Positions 49,190 through 60,420 of a stretch of DNA of 64,000 nucleotides are shown piece by piece (position 1 is the first letter of the stretch; each line of letters begins with the position of its first letter). The stretch lies in the NCBI GenBank assembly GCA_965235115.1, contig OZ249448.1, forward strand, positions 23,684,001 to 23,748,000. The letters run 5' to 3'. Origin of the DNA: Laetmonice hystrix (lineage: Eukaryota). Below the pieces are notes generated by a model. It did no database searches. It was not told the origin of the DNA and worked only from the letters and a program-made list of their open reading frames with translations. Both the position numbers and the translations under genes were made by a program.

Positions 49190-51000
49190 CTTCACCTGCA
49201 AAAATACTAGTCGGTGGGATTTCTGAAATTGATGCTTCCAAATGGGGATGATAATTCCGTGAAGGAGATACAACATGGCAACTGTGATTTCTTGAGTTCT
49301 GGCGGCGAACAAGTGGCCAGCTACTGGTGTTGGTCTACCAGTTGGTGGAGTCCCAGCTGTGTAGGAACATGGCCGCAGTCTCATCACACATATACACGTT
49401 ATCTTTGTTAGCCCTGATAACGGCTGACAGGACCATACTGATTGAGCTGGGCCAGTAATGTTGTCAGGGAGTAGTCGAGAATTAGTTTGGGAGCTGGGAA
49501 TGGTCCTGAGTAAACCTAGCGACCATGACTTCTGACCTCGGACGCCGATGTCCAGTTTCACGGAGTTTCCACAGCGACCTCTGCCGGTATACGTCATCAC
49601 GTGCCCACGGTGAGGGACCAAGTAGCAGAGAGATGGGGTGTATTGGAGGGGGTGATGGGGGTGTATTGGGGGAGAAGGGGAGCATTGGTAAACGAGGGGA
49701 GGGGATGAAAGGGGTGGGAAAGAGAGGACAAGATCAATCAAAATGCCGAGGAACCCTCCCACAGAGGTTTCCCTGGCAACTTGATGAACTGTGAATTCGG
49801 ATTCCACCCGAGGGCTTTGAAAACCGTCCATCCCAAAGTTAACTACCCCGATACTGGTTCCACACCCCTACCCCACCCCGCCCTCCGCGCCCCATTTCTC
49901 TCCCGGGAAACGGAGCTGTGTCCGACCGACCCCGCCCCCATGGTCCAAGGGATTTAATACCCACCATTGTGTGTTTAGGGCCAATTCACGGCCTCATCAG
50001 ACTCTGTCGTACAAACTGCAGGGTCAGCTCTCCATGGAGGAGTTTGGTTTCTCCAGGACATCTCCATTCATACAAGCACTGTGCGGCCAGAATGAACACA
50101 TGAGGTAGAGCGTCCATGTCGGCCCATATAAAGGGTTTGGACTACTGAAAGTATTCCAGGACCAAAATACGGATACATAATCTGATCTGAACACCCACTA
50201 TCATAATACACCTACCTGATCCTGACACCCACTATCATAATACACCTGATGCTAACACCCACTATCATAATACACCTGATGCTAACACCCACTATCATAA
50301 TACACCTGATGCTAACACCCACTATCATAATACACCTGAGGCGTGTACGCAACCCTGACAATGAAGATATGTTGTCGGACACTCGCCTTACGACGACATG
50401 ATTCAAGTATATATACAGGAACTTATCCATGGATTTTCAAGAGTTTGCCAAGAGTCTGTCCTGTATTCTAGGATTTTCCAGGACTGAAAAATAGACCTTT
50501 AATTATCCAGGACTTTTCAGGAGCCAGGTGGCTGATGGGGCGGCTGTTTCTGTGTGACCGGTTCCATCCAGGCGGACTGACCCTGGCGAGGGCCGCCAAC
50601 TGTCTCCAGGCCGCGCAATCAGAGCCCACTCCCTGGCAAAGGTCATACAATGGCACCATGAACGCTCCGATTCTCCTGGGCGTGCTGTGTACCCATATAA
50701 CACACCCCAACCTCCCCACTAGATCAACCTCCACCCACTATGTTTGCCCCTGCTCTCAAACCGACCGTATTAAAGCCCAACACCTCCACTATGAAGCCAC
50801 TTCTTCAGAGGCTCGCGACGCGCCGAAATTGCGCGGTATCTCTCGTGGCCTAATTGGTCTTCTTTAGCGGATGCCGCCACAACCAAGACGCCTTCCTAAG
50901 ATGTTTCGCTTCATCTCACGGTCGCTAGGTGACGCTCCTCAGGGCTCCCTTCCTGCCTGAGTGGACACTGGTGGTAATCCTGTCTAATACCGCCATTATA
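49190..51000 (-). mobile_element. Decayed non-LTR retrotransposon (CR1/L2-like endonuclease region)
   Basis: Frame-broken minus-strand peptides QLGLHQLVDQ../AGHLFAARTQEITV (~49290-49365) resemble the LGLHQLVxxPTHxxGHTLDL end of LINE AP-endonucleases. RRLGCGGIR*RRPIRP (~50840-50900) resembles the basic stretch before L2 ORF2. Many stops. Interrupted by a 30-bp repeat. Confidence 0.3.
50188..50339. repeat. 30-bp minisatellite x~5
   Basis: Unit acacccactatcataatacacctgatgcta. Confidence 0.9.
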
Positions 51001-52390
51001 GTATCCGGGCCCTGCGTGGTTCATTCTAAAGGCTTGGGCTCGGTTCATCCAACGCTCACGGCAATTGCTGTGGTCTCTGGGTGTAAAGCCTGCCGAGTGC
51101 CCTCTAACGGTCAGTTTCCACAACAAGGCCGTTTGGTCGCGGATCCACTTTGCTTTAATTGGGAGCCGTCCTTAAAGGATGCACCAGTGAGAGGTTAAAT
51201 TTCAACTCTGATCCTAATGGTTCCTGGGCGTGTGAAGGGGCGTAGGTTCAGACAGGGGGTGGTCGGGGCTATAGTGTCTGCCTGCAGGAACTCCCACGGC
51301 CAGTGGGTTTAGGTCTCTCCCCTATACGGAACCAGGTCTTGCAGGGTGGATTGATGCCTTGTGGGAAGGTGCGTTGGTCAAGTGAGCTTTAGTGAACGTA
51401 AGACTTGGGGCATGGAGCTTATGAAAGGTATGGAAGGTGATCTGGTCAAAATCTCCCTGCCAAGTGCATGGTGGATGAGGCTGTCGATCCAAGTATATTT
51501 TCAGGTTCTTTCATGGTTTGTTTCTCATACAGTTCGGGGGGAGGTAACTTTCTAGGGGTTCTATGAGCTGGTACCCGGCTCTGACACGCTCGCTCTGCTC
51601 GACTCGCCACGAGCGCCAGCGACCCCTAGCGAGAGGTCCGGGAACCAGCCTAGGGGTTCCATCACCCAAGGGTCTTCCTATGGAGTGTATATTATCGTTT
51701 GACTCAATCCGTTTAGGAGATATGTATTACCTTGGGCTAGTTTAAAGGGACCCAATTGCAGCTTATGTTAGAAAAATTCCAACTCTTTCCGATATACGTA
51801 CCTGCATGTTTGTACATTCAGCTCAGACCAGATGCCAATCATGTTTGGCAGAACATCGTCTTGTAGCCTGTCGTAGACATGAGAACGGGTTTCGATATTG
51901 TTAGAAGTAAATAAACACATAATGAGGTCGATCGTTGGAATATAATATATTTCTGTTCAGACAGGACAGAAAAGTTGATGCAGTTGGAACCCTGTAATAC
52001 CTGGTACATAGAGAGTCACGACCTCTACGTATCAAGTCAGATAATGAGGGTGACATCATCAAACAAACAAGAAAAGATATTCATTATATTGTTTCTGGGC
52101 GGAATTTTGTTATATTGACCTCTATTATCGCCCCTTCGGTGACGTCACAATCAGAGCCTGACGTCCCCTGGTTGTACTCTTCCTCTACTACACTGGCAAC
52201 CAAAATCACCACTGGCTAGCAGAGCTCAAACTATTCTGCTCTTGACCGGAAAACCGACTAGGGTTGTCACGTGACCCGATTAGCCAAATTCCGCCGCAGA
52301 TACCACCGATCACCGTAGCGTTCACTAATGTGGCGTCGGGGAATGGCGCAGTGATCACGGATTTTCACGCCCCTTGAGGGACCCCGGCTA

Positions 52391-52881
52391 GATACGTCCG
52401 CAAACATCAGCTAGATGTGTCCCGTACCGTTGATGTCGAACGGTGCCGGGTACCGTTCGACATATTCATGTGCTCACACACAATCCTCTCGCCCTGACCA
52501 CCAGATGGCAGAATCCATCGCAGTTACTACAAATACCTGCAATGTGGATATTGACGCTTGATGTCACCTTCGTCTATAGGACGTTGGCATGGGTCGTTGT
52601 TGGCCGGATGTAAACAAATTTCTTTGGCTTTCCCAAAACCAAATGTTAAGAATCAAGACAAAATGCAATCTTAAAACTATGTTTATATGTTTACCTACAA
52701 TGGCCTATATGGTGTGTCTCCAGACGCCAGATACGAACGTTAGGAATTGGACCCTGTAACAGTCAGACCAATCACTGATTTTTAGTTGTTCTCCATTTTT
52801 CTTGCTCTCACTTGCTCTCCCATTCATCAGGATCTGAGCGAGACCGCCAGTTTACATCTAGCTGATATTTGCGGACGTATC
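52391..52881. mobile_element. Foldback element with a 28-bp inverted repeat and an internal hairpin
   Basis: gatacgtccgcaaacatcagctagatgt (52391-52418) vs acatctagctgatatttgcggacgtatc (52854-52881), 1 mismatch. Hairpin tgtcgaacggt-gccgggt-accgttcgaca at ~52434-52462. Confidence 0.6.
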
Positions 52882-53059
52882 AATTTCTCCGGACACATCT
52901 AGCTCATGTTTACGGACATACCTCCTGTCGGACATAACTAGCCGTTCGCACATATCTAGCCAGAACACCCCTCTCACCTTTTTGGGGGCGTGTTATTAGC
53001 AGCCACTCCAACTCTTAATATGGTATTCCCACAGGCTCCGTCACGGACCCCTCCGTGAT

Positions 53060-54522
53060 ATTACTGCCCGGCGGAGGTCTTACCGACAGCTCGAGCCCTG
53101 CCTGGTTCTCTGCTTCCCTAGTCCTGTCAGGTGTATGGGTCCGGTGGGCCGACCGGCTCATGGCCTCCAAGGTTTACTGTCTGGCGGAGGTCTTACCGAC
53201 AGATCGAGCCCTGCCTGGTTCTCTGCTTCCCTAGTCCTGTCAGGTGTATGGGTCCGGTGGGCCGACCGGCTCATGGCCTCCAAGGTTTACTGTCTGGCGG
53301 AGGTTTTACCGACAGCTCGAGCCCTGCCTGGTTCTCTGCTTCCCTAGTCCTGTCAGGTGTATGGGTCCGGTGGGCCGACCGGCTCATGGCCTCCAAGGTT
53401 TACTGTCTGGCGGAGGTTTTACCGACAGCTCGAGCCCTGCCTGGTTCTCTGCTTCCCTAGTCCTGTCAGGTGTATGGGTCCGGAGGGCCGACCGGCTCAT
53501 GGCCTCCGAGGTTTACTGTCTGGCGGAGGTCTTACCGACAGCTCGAGCCCTGCCTGGTTCTCTGCTTCCCTAGTCCTGTCAGGTGTATGGGTCCGGTGGG
53601 CCGACCGGCTCATGGCCTCCAAGGTTTACTGTCTGGCGGAGGTTTTACCGACAGCTCGAGCCCTGCCTGGTTCTCTGCTTCCCTAGTCCTGTCAGGTGTA
53701 TGGGTCCGGAGGGCCGACCGGCTCATGGCCTCCAAGATTTACTGTCTGGCGGAGGTCTTACCGACAGCTCGAGCCCTGCCTGGTTCTCTGCTTCCCGAGT
53801 CCTGTCAGGTGTATGGGTCCGGTGGGCTGACCGGCTCATGGCCTCCAAGGTTTACTGTCTGGCGGAGGTCTTACCGACAGCTCGAGCCCTGCCTGGTTCT
53901 CTGCTTCCCGAGTCCTGTCAGGTGTATGGGTCCGGTGGGCTGACCGGCTCATGGCCTCCAAGGTTTACTGTCTGGCGGAGGTCTTACCGACAGCTCGAGC
54001 CCCGCCTGGTTCTCTGCTTCCCGAGACCGGCTCATGGCCTCCAAGGTTTACTGTCTGGCGGAGGTCTTACCGACAGCTCGAGCCATGCCTGGTTCTCTGC
54101 TTCCCGAGTCCTGTCAGGTGTATGGGTCCGGTGGGCTGACCGGCTCATGGCCTCCAAGGTTTACTGTCTGGCGGAGGTTTTACCGACAGCTCGAGCCCCG
54201 CCTGGTTCTCTGCTTCCCGAGACCGGCTCATGGCCTCCAAGGTTTACTGTCTGGCGGAGGTCTTACCGACAGCTCGAGCCCCGCCTGGTTCTCTGCTTCC
54301 CGAGACCGGCTCATGGCCTCCAAGATTTACTGTCTGGCGGAGGTCTTACCGACAGCTCGAGCCCCGCCTGGTTCTCTGCTTCCCGAGACCGGCTCATGGC
54401 CTCCAAGGTTTACTGTCTGGCGGAGGTCTTACCGACAGCTCGAGCCCTGCCTGGTTTTCTGCTTCCCGAGTCCTGTCAGGTGTATGGGTCCGGTGGGCTG
54501 ACCGGCTCATGGCCTCCGAGGT
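53060..54522. repeat. 113-bp satellite array with 83-bp deletion-derivative units in the right half
   Basis: Unit ttactgtctggcggaggtcttaccgacagctcgagccctgcctggttctctgcttccctagtcctgtcaggtgtatgggtccggtgggccgaccggctcatggcctccaaggt; explains the stacked ORFs 53131..54551. Confidence 0.96.
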
Positions 54523-54826
54523 CCTGTTCGACTTTTTCAAGTGACCCATAGTGCCGCTAAAGTGGACCTAATGATTTACTTTCCAAGTCCACTTGTCTGT
54601 GCGCTGCCTCATAATGGACACTAAGCGGCTATGATTTGGTTCGTTTCTTACAGCGAAAGTAAATATTTGTGAGTAAAGATCGAAGGATCAATAATCAATA
54701 GTGCACAATGGTGCAATCAAAAGTGCATATTTCAATCAAGATACGGCCTGGGTTATAAATTCGTGCTGCTGACATCGTCTTGAGTACCAAGTTAGTAAGT
54801 GGGCGTGAGTGAAGATTTCCCTTCAC

Positions 54827-54988
54827 TCTCACGATGATGGCGATGGTCGACCGCCCAATACCAAAAACCCAGGCCTGATCGCTCATCGTTTTCTTCCACC
54901 TTCCCGCGTAGATATATGAAAGAGTAAATAGAAGCTGACGGCCTCGCTCTCCGAGACAAAGGTTGTTATCCCTGCCTGTCGACGCACG
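54827..54988 (-). pseudogene. PIF/Harbinger-type transposase fragment (HTH region)
   Basis: Within ORF 54695..55036: RASTGRDNNLCLGERGRQLLFTLSYIYAG...FGIGRSTIAIIVR, matching the recalled Harbinger pattern T.RN.AIS..ERL.VTLRYLATG...F.IGRSTIS.IV. No DDE domain seen. Confidence 0.45.
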
Positions 54989-57824
54989 TTTGTCATACAA
55001 CCACGTGTTGGAACACCTAATCGGTAAGTCCACCAACCATCGCTTCCCCAGGACGTTGTCAGCCCCGAGGTTGGCCTTCCTTGAGGAGTATTATGCCTTT
55101 CCAATTACACGTAGCGATATCGCGGGGCCTTTGTGTAACATCGGCAGTGGGAAAAGATTATCTCGTGGCGCTTGTTTACATTAGGCGTGCCGCCCACATT
55201 GAGGTACCAAAGACAGGAGCTTCCAGTGTCGGTTAAGGTTTTTGTGACCGTTTGTGCCGGAGAGTTACACACCCACAGGGCTCCATGGCTACAACCACAC
55301 GCGGACCGTGTTTCATGTTGTAGCTTTGGCTCACAGACACACTCTGAGTAGATCTATCATAAACAGCGAACATTTCTGTGAAATGATGCTGTAATGTAAT
55401 GAATTATCATCCCAATACTGGGTCTATACCATCAAGTACGATTGAAGTCACGGTATAATCTGATACATTTAATAGTGCAAGAAGACGGCAAGAAGACATC
55501 TCTGTCAAAGTCTCTGAAGCATAAAACTCAACAGGTCGGCTCGGTGGACATATGAGAAAGTCCAAGAATATTGACATCCGTTGGTCCTTCTATTGACCAT
55601 AGACCTAGAGTACTTAGGTCTATGTATTGACCTACTGAATGGACGGGGTGTGGGGTAGGTGGAAGAGTGGGCCCTGAAGTGAGAAACACAGCCAGGTAAC
55701 CTGGCTCCGTGCATGCCATTTGTGTTAGTCGGCTCAAGATACGTCTGCTCAATGACGTCACATCCGTTGGAGGTCACGTGGCCTACTTACAGCGGCGCGG
55801 CCGATGGGGGCGTTGTATGATTGTCTCGTTGCAACCGATCGAATAGATCAGAGGTAAATCTGTACCTTTGGCAACTGTTTTTTGTGTAGTATTTCTAAGA
55901 ATATTGTTTACATGGAGCAGACATTTGTCTCAGCGCATGCGCCACAAATGTTGTTTTAATACAGGTACCGACAGTTTACTCTATATCATACGACAATCAA
56001 TATCAACAGGGCTGACGTGAGCGACATGGAATGGTCGACCGATGATACAGACCCTCCACGGTATAGTGTTTGTCTATAGCCAGACCTACATAAACCTTCA
56101 ACGCCCGACTCTGAAATATAGGCGGTCGACGGGACCCATGGCGGGCGAGGCGTTTGTTGTAAGGGTTTTAAACATAGCGGCCTCGTGTACGAGTGGAAAC
56201 CGGGCCCCTCAACAGGTGGCTCCTGTTGAGGGATCCTCCTGCGATCTGCCACTGAGAGTATCTGTGCGGCAACACATGAGGAGGTGTGGATACGTGCCGG
56301 GCGGTGGATCCTTCCATGTTAAACTCTCACCAAACTTGATGGTTGGAAACTAAAAACTTTACTAGGCTTGCTTCACAGCCCTGAACGTAATACTCCTACG
56401 CCGTTGTCCCTGTCTCCAAACTTCCCATTCCTAGCCCTGCCACTAGCCCTAACACCTACCCCGACACTGTGGGACTGTTACCTTTGGGTACTAACCTAGC
56501 GGGTGGGTGGGCGGCACCGGGCGGGCTTGCTTAGCGCCCCGGGTAGGCCGCCCGCCAGCCCCGCCGGCCCCACCCGCCGTGAGGTTGCGTCAACAAACTC
56601 CGTACGAGGGGAGGATTGTCACTGTACATCGCCACAGCAATACCAGGTTCCGGTGGCGCCACCATCGCCCCAGCCACCAGGTGGCGTGTATAGTACATAC
56701 TGTTAGGGTATCCCTACCGACCGTCAAGCGTTTACAGTCATAACCTACTTTACGTTCAAGACGATACGATACCCTACCAAGATATTAGAATATCTGGGTT
56801 ACCAGACTTGTGAGAAACGCAGAATCTACCTGTAATTTATAGAAACTTCAGACCCTAATATTACAGTTGAAATTACAAATAGTTTGAAACGTTAGTGATG
56901 TTTGGGATCCTATCGTCTCTTGGTGGAAATAGTACAGGTCCGAACAAGAAGCTTTACCCAGCTCCGTTTATCTGCTCACAAATCAGACAGACCTGTCTGT
57001 GAGAAAATAAAACCTCAAAACGCTGACTGATTGTCATCCTGAGAGCCCAGAAATGACCAAGGCGGGGTTATAATATTATAGCTTCCGTTTCCAGTGCCCT
57101 GCACCCGGGTCGAGCCGGATGACTGCACCCAAACGGACCCACAGGGCTCCGGCAACCATTCAATCCACATAATGCCGGCCTGCTGATGTTCAGAGATTAC
57201 GTTACATGCTCATAAGGAACATGTTATCACAGCGTCGATCCCCAGGGTGGCCTGCCGGGGGGAGAGGGCACCTGTCCCCACCCCCTCAGCGTCTCAAAAT
57301 AGGTCCCCTAGCCCCCATAAATACCAGTTTATATCTTTGGTGTCTCCATAGTGTGCTTCGCGAACGACAACTCCCCTCAACCTGCCCTGATCCCTCCTGG
57401 TTTACTGTTCCGGATCCGACCTGCCCCAAGCAGTACCTTGTCTATGCGTCGTCTCCGCATCGCATGAGATGAGTGCGGACTCCACCCCACACTTCTCCCA
57501 TGTTGATAAAGAGAAGGGAGCAAAGGACAGAGGTATCATCGCTGACGACATATCCACTCGAAATGTTGTTAGGACTGTGTGTACAAATCTGTATCTCTAT
57601 AAACGAAACAAGCCAGTTTGGACACCACCTATACTGGTCAAATAAAAGGTCAGAACATGTTACATGATAACTCAGTGTCGCTGGACTCCTGTTCTTATGC
57701 TGAACCCTATCCTACAGCGTTCCTTTACCCACTGGATTGGGCCAAACGGCTGGCGTGCCCGGCAGAACTTCAAGGAGACCTACACTCTACAACATTGTAT
57801 CCGATATCCTCTGTGGTAGCTGGA

Positions 57825-58198
57825 GATACAGGCGGTTATAGAGAGACTTGGAGGTCCCTGGGAAAGATACAGGCGGCTATAGAGAGACTTGGAGGTCCCT
57901 GGGAAAGGTACAGGCGGTTATAGAGAGACTTGGAGGTCCCTGGGAAAGATACAGGCGGCTATAGAGAGACTTGGAGGTCCCTCGGAAAGATAGAAAGATA
58001 AGGCGGTTATAGAGACTTGGCGGTCCCTGGGAAAGATACAGGCGGTTATAGAGAGACTTGGAGGTCCTTGGGAAAGATACAAGCGGTTATAGAGAGACTT
58101 GGAGGTCCCTCGGAAAGATACAGGCGGTTATAGAGAGACTTGGAGGTCCCTCGTAAAGATATAGGCGGTTATAGAGAGACTTGGAGGTCCCTGGGAAA
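57825..58198. repeat. 41-bp minisatellite x~9
   Basis: Unit gatacaggcggttatagagagacttggaggtccctgggaaa. Confidence 0.93.
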
Positions 58199-59289
58199 TA
58201 TTTCAAATGGTTTAGTAAACCGAGGAATACTTAGGTGGGATGCACGGAGATGGAGTCGCGCACCCGTACGGGTGGGGCCGCGGCATTCCTCCGTGAGGAA
58301 ACATGAGCTCGGTTTCCGAGATAAAGGTCAATACACTGATTGCTGTGCAACAGAAGATGGCGGGTACAACTTTATCGTATCTCTCGTAACATCATAGCGT
58401 ACCTCGCACAGAGATCAACTTAAATCTGCTTCAAAACACCTGCTTCACTAAGGTTGGAACCTTGGGAAGGGGTCGTGTATCTAGGCTTAAGCTTGAATTA
58501 AATCTGTTTCAAACTTGACTAAGTTTTAAACGTTAGGGAAGGTCGTGTTTCTAGACCTCAGTTTATTGGTACGTATAGAAGTCAATTCCAATGCGCAGTC
58601 TGTAGCAGTATTTCTTCCTTTGCACTTTTCTTTGCTCCTGTTAAAAAAAAAGAGCCGCTGTCTTATGATTTCAGCCGTCACCTCCGAGAACTGTAATTCT
58701 CCGGTTAGGCCTAGTCTCTAGTAGCTGAACTCGTGATCGAAATCGATAAACATTGGACAAGCATAAAACTCGGCTGTGGATGGGCCGATCGGATCGATGC
58801 TGTGCCGGGTAGGGTCAGCCCAGGAGGAGGTAGCCCTTATCGCCCCCGGCTCGGTCCGCCCCGGCCCCGCTCTCCCTGCATGCCCGGGCAGTTCTAGCCG
58901 TTCGTTCGGTTGGCCGGTCGCCACTGCAGCCGGTCAGCGGGAGGGGCGCCGCCAATATTTAACCCCAGATAAGGGGCTCGTGTCGGGGCCACGGCAACAG
59001 GGCCCCAGTCATGTTCCCACCCGGCTAATAGCGCTGGTTGGCTGTGTCAATAAGGACTGCACGTGCCATAGGAGTCAGGGGCGTTATACGAGTACCTCCA
59101 GTTAATTGCAGGATGGCGTCGGGCCAGGGACTGCCATTCGGCCAGCGGTCAATAGGCCACTGGATTCATCCAAGACCATGGACCAATTCTATTACAACCA
59201 CGGCCCAATACGCCTCTAGATTCACTTTTGATATTGGGGGGGGGGGGGCTGCAGCCCCCTGCCCCCCGTTCCTACGTCTATGCATAGGA

Positions 59290-59747
59290 CACTGGATTCT
59301 ACACAGACCACTGGATTCTACCAAGACCATGGACCAATATGGCACTGGATTCTACCAAGACCATGGGCCAATAGGACACTGGATTCTACCAAGACCATGG
59401 ACCAATAGGACACTGGGTTCTACCAAGACCATGGACCAATAGGACCCTGGATTCTACGAAGACCATGGACCAATAGGACACTGGATTCTACCAAGACCAT
59501 GGACCAATAGGGCACTGGATTCTACCAAGACCATGGACCAATAGGACACTGGATTCTACCAAGACCATGGACCAATAGGACACTGGATTCTACCAAGACT
59601 ATGGACCAATAGGACTCTGGATTCCACCAAAACCATGGACCAATAGGACACTGGATTCTACCACAACTATGGACCAATAGGACACTGGATTCTACTAAGA
59701 CCATCAACCAATAGGACTCTGGATTTTACCAAGACCATGGACCAATA
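59290..59747. repeat. 34-bp minisatellite x~13
   Basis: Unit ggacactggattctaccaagaccatggaccaata. One detached copy at ~59157-59190 is separated by a GC-rich MITE-end-like insert (ggggggctgcagccccctgccccccgttcctacgtctatg). Confidence 0.93.
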
Positions 59748-60320
59748 GGTTTAGGCATACCTTGACTTGCCCCCAGAGTGACCTAGATGAATTAAATAAA
59801 TTGGTGTTACTCTTCCCTTTTTTACCTCTTCTTCCTTCACTTCTTTTTCCTCCACGCCACCTCCCTTCACTCACTGCGACTCTGCCCCCATAGGCTAGTC
59901 CTTGGTCGGCATCGAAACTATTCAATACTGCATTCGCAGTCATAATGTCAAATATATATCAAGAGAAGTTGAGGCGAAGCTGAAATTATGCTATACTACA
60001 TAATAGCAGTTTACCACTTCTGAGCTTGACGTCCATGTTGATAAATGATTGGTTTAAGGCACGGAGGCAAACACTGCACTACATTACTGTGAGGCCTCAT
60101 CATTTGTTACAGTCCGCCATCAAGCCATTAACTCAACTTCTCTGCCCTGAGAACACGTGTCAAACATACGGTGTATGAGGTCTGTGGAAACCGGGCGGCA
60201 AGGATGCCAACTCCACGATCGGCTGGATAAACGGACTTGGTCGGAGAGTAACGCTGCTATATGAGAAACGACTCGGAACATTTCACGCTACAGCATGACA
60301 GTCGAGTATTTATCAGCGCT

Positions 60321-60357
60321 CTCTGTCTCTGTCTGTCTCTGTCTGTCTCTGTCTGTC

Positions 60358-60388
<31 letters not shown>

Positions 60389-60420
60389 GTCTCTCTGTGT
60401 CTCTCTCTCTCCCTCTCCTT
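60321..60420. repeat. (GTCT)n/(CT)n microsatellite
   Basis: ctctgtctctgtctgtct... run. Confidence 0.92.

Noticed and set aside
49955-50010. Hammerhead-ribozyme-like CTGATGA-GGCC-gtgaatt-GGCC-CTAAAC...GTA on the minus strand
   Set aside because: The conserved GAAA is replaced by CTAAA, stem III is mismatched and stem I does not pair. At most it is a dead relic; an Infernal search with hammerhead models would settle it.
53131-54551. Stack of 100-320-aa ORFs
   Set aside because: They are translations of the 113-bp satellite, with the same peptides recurring in all frames.
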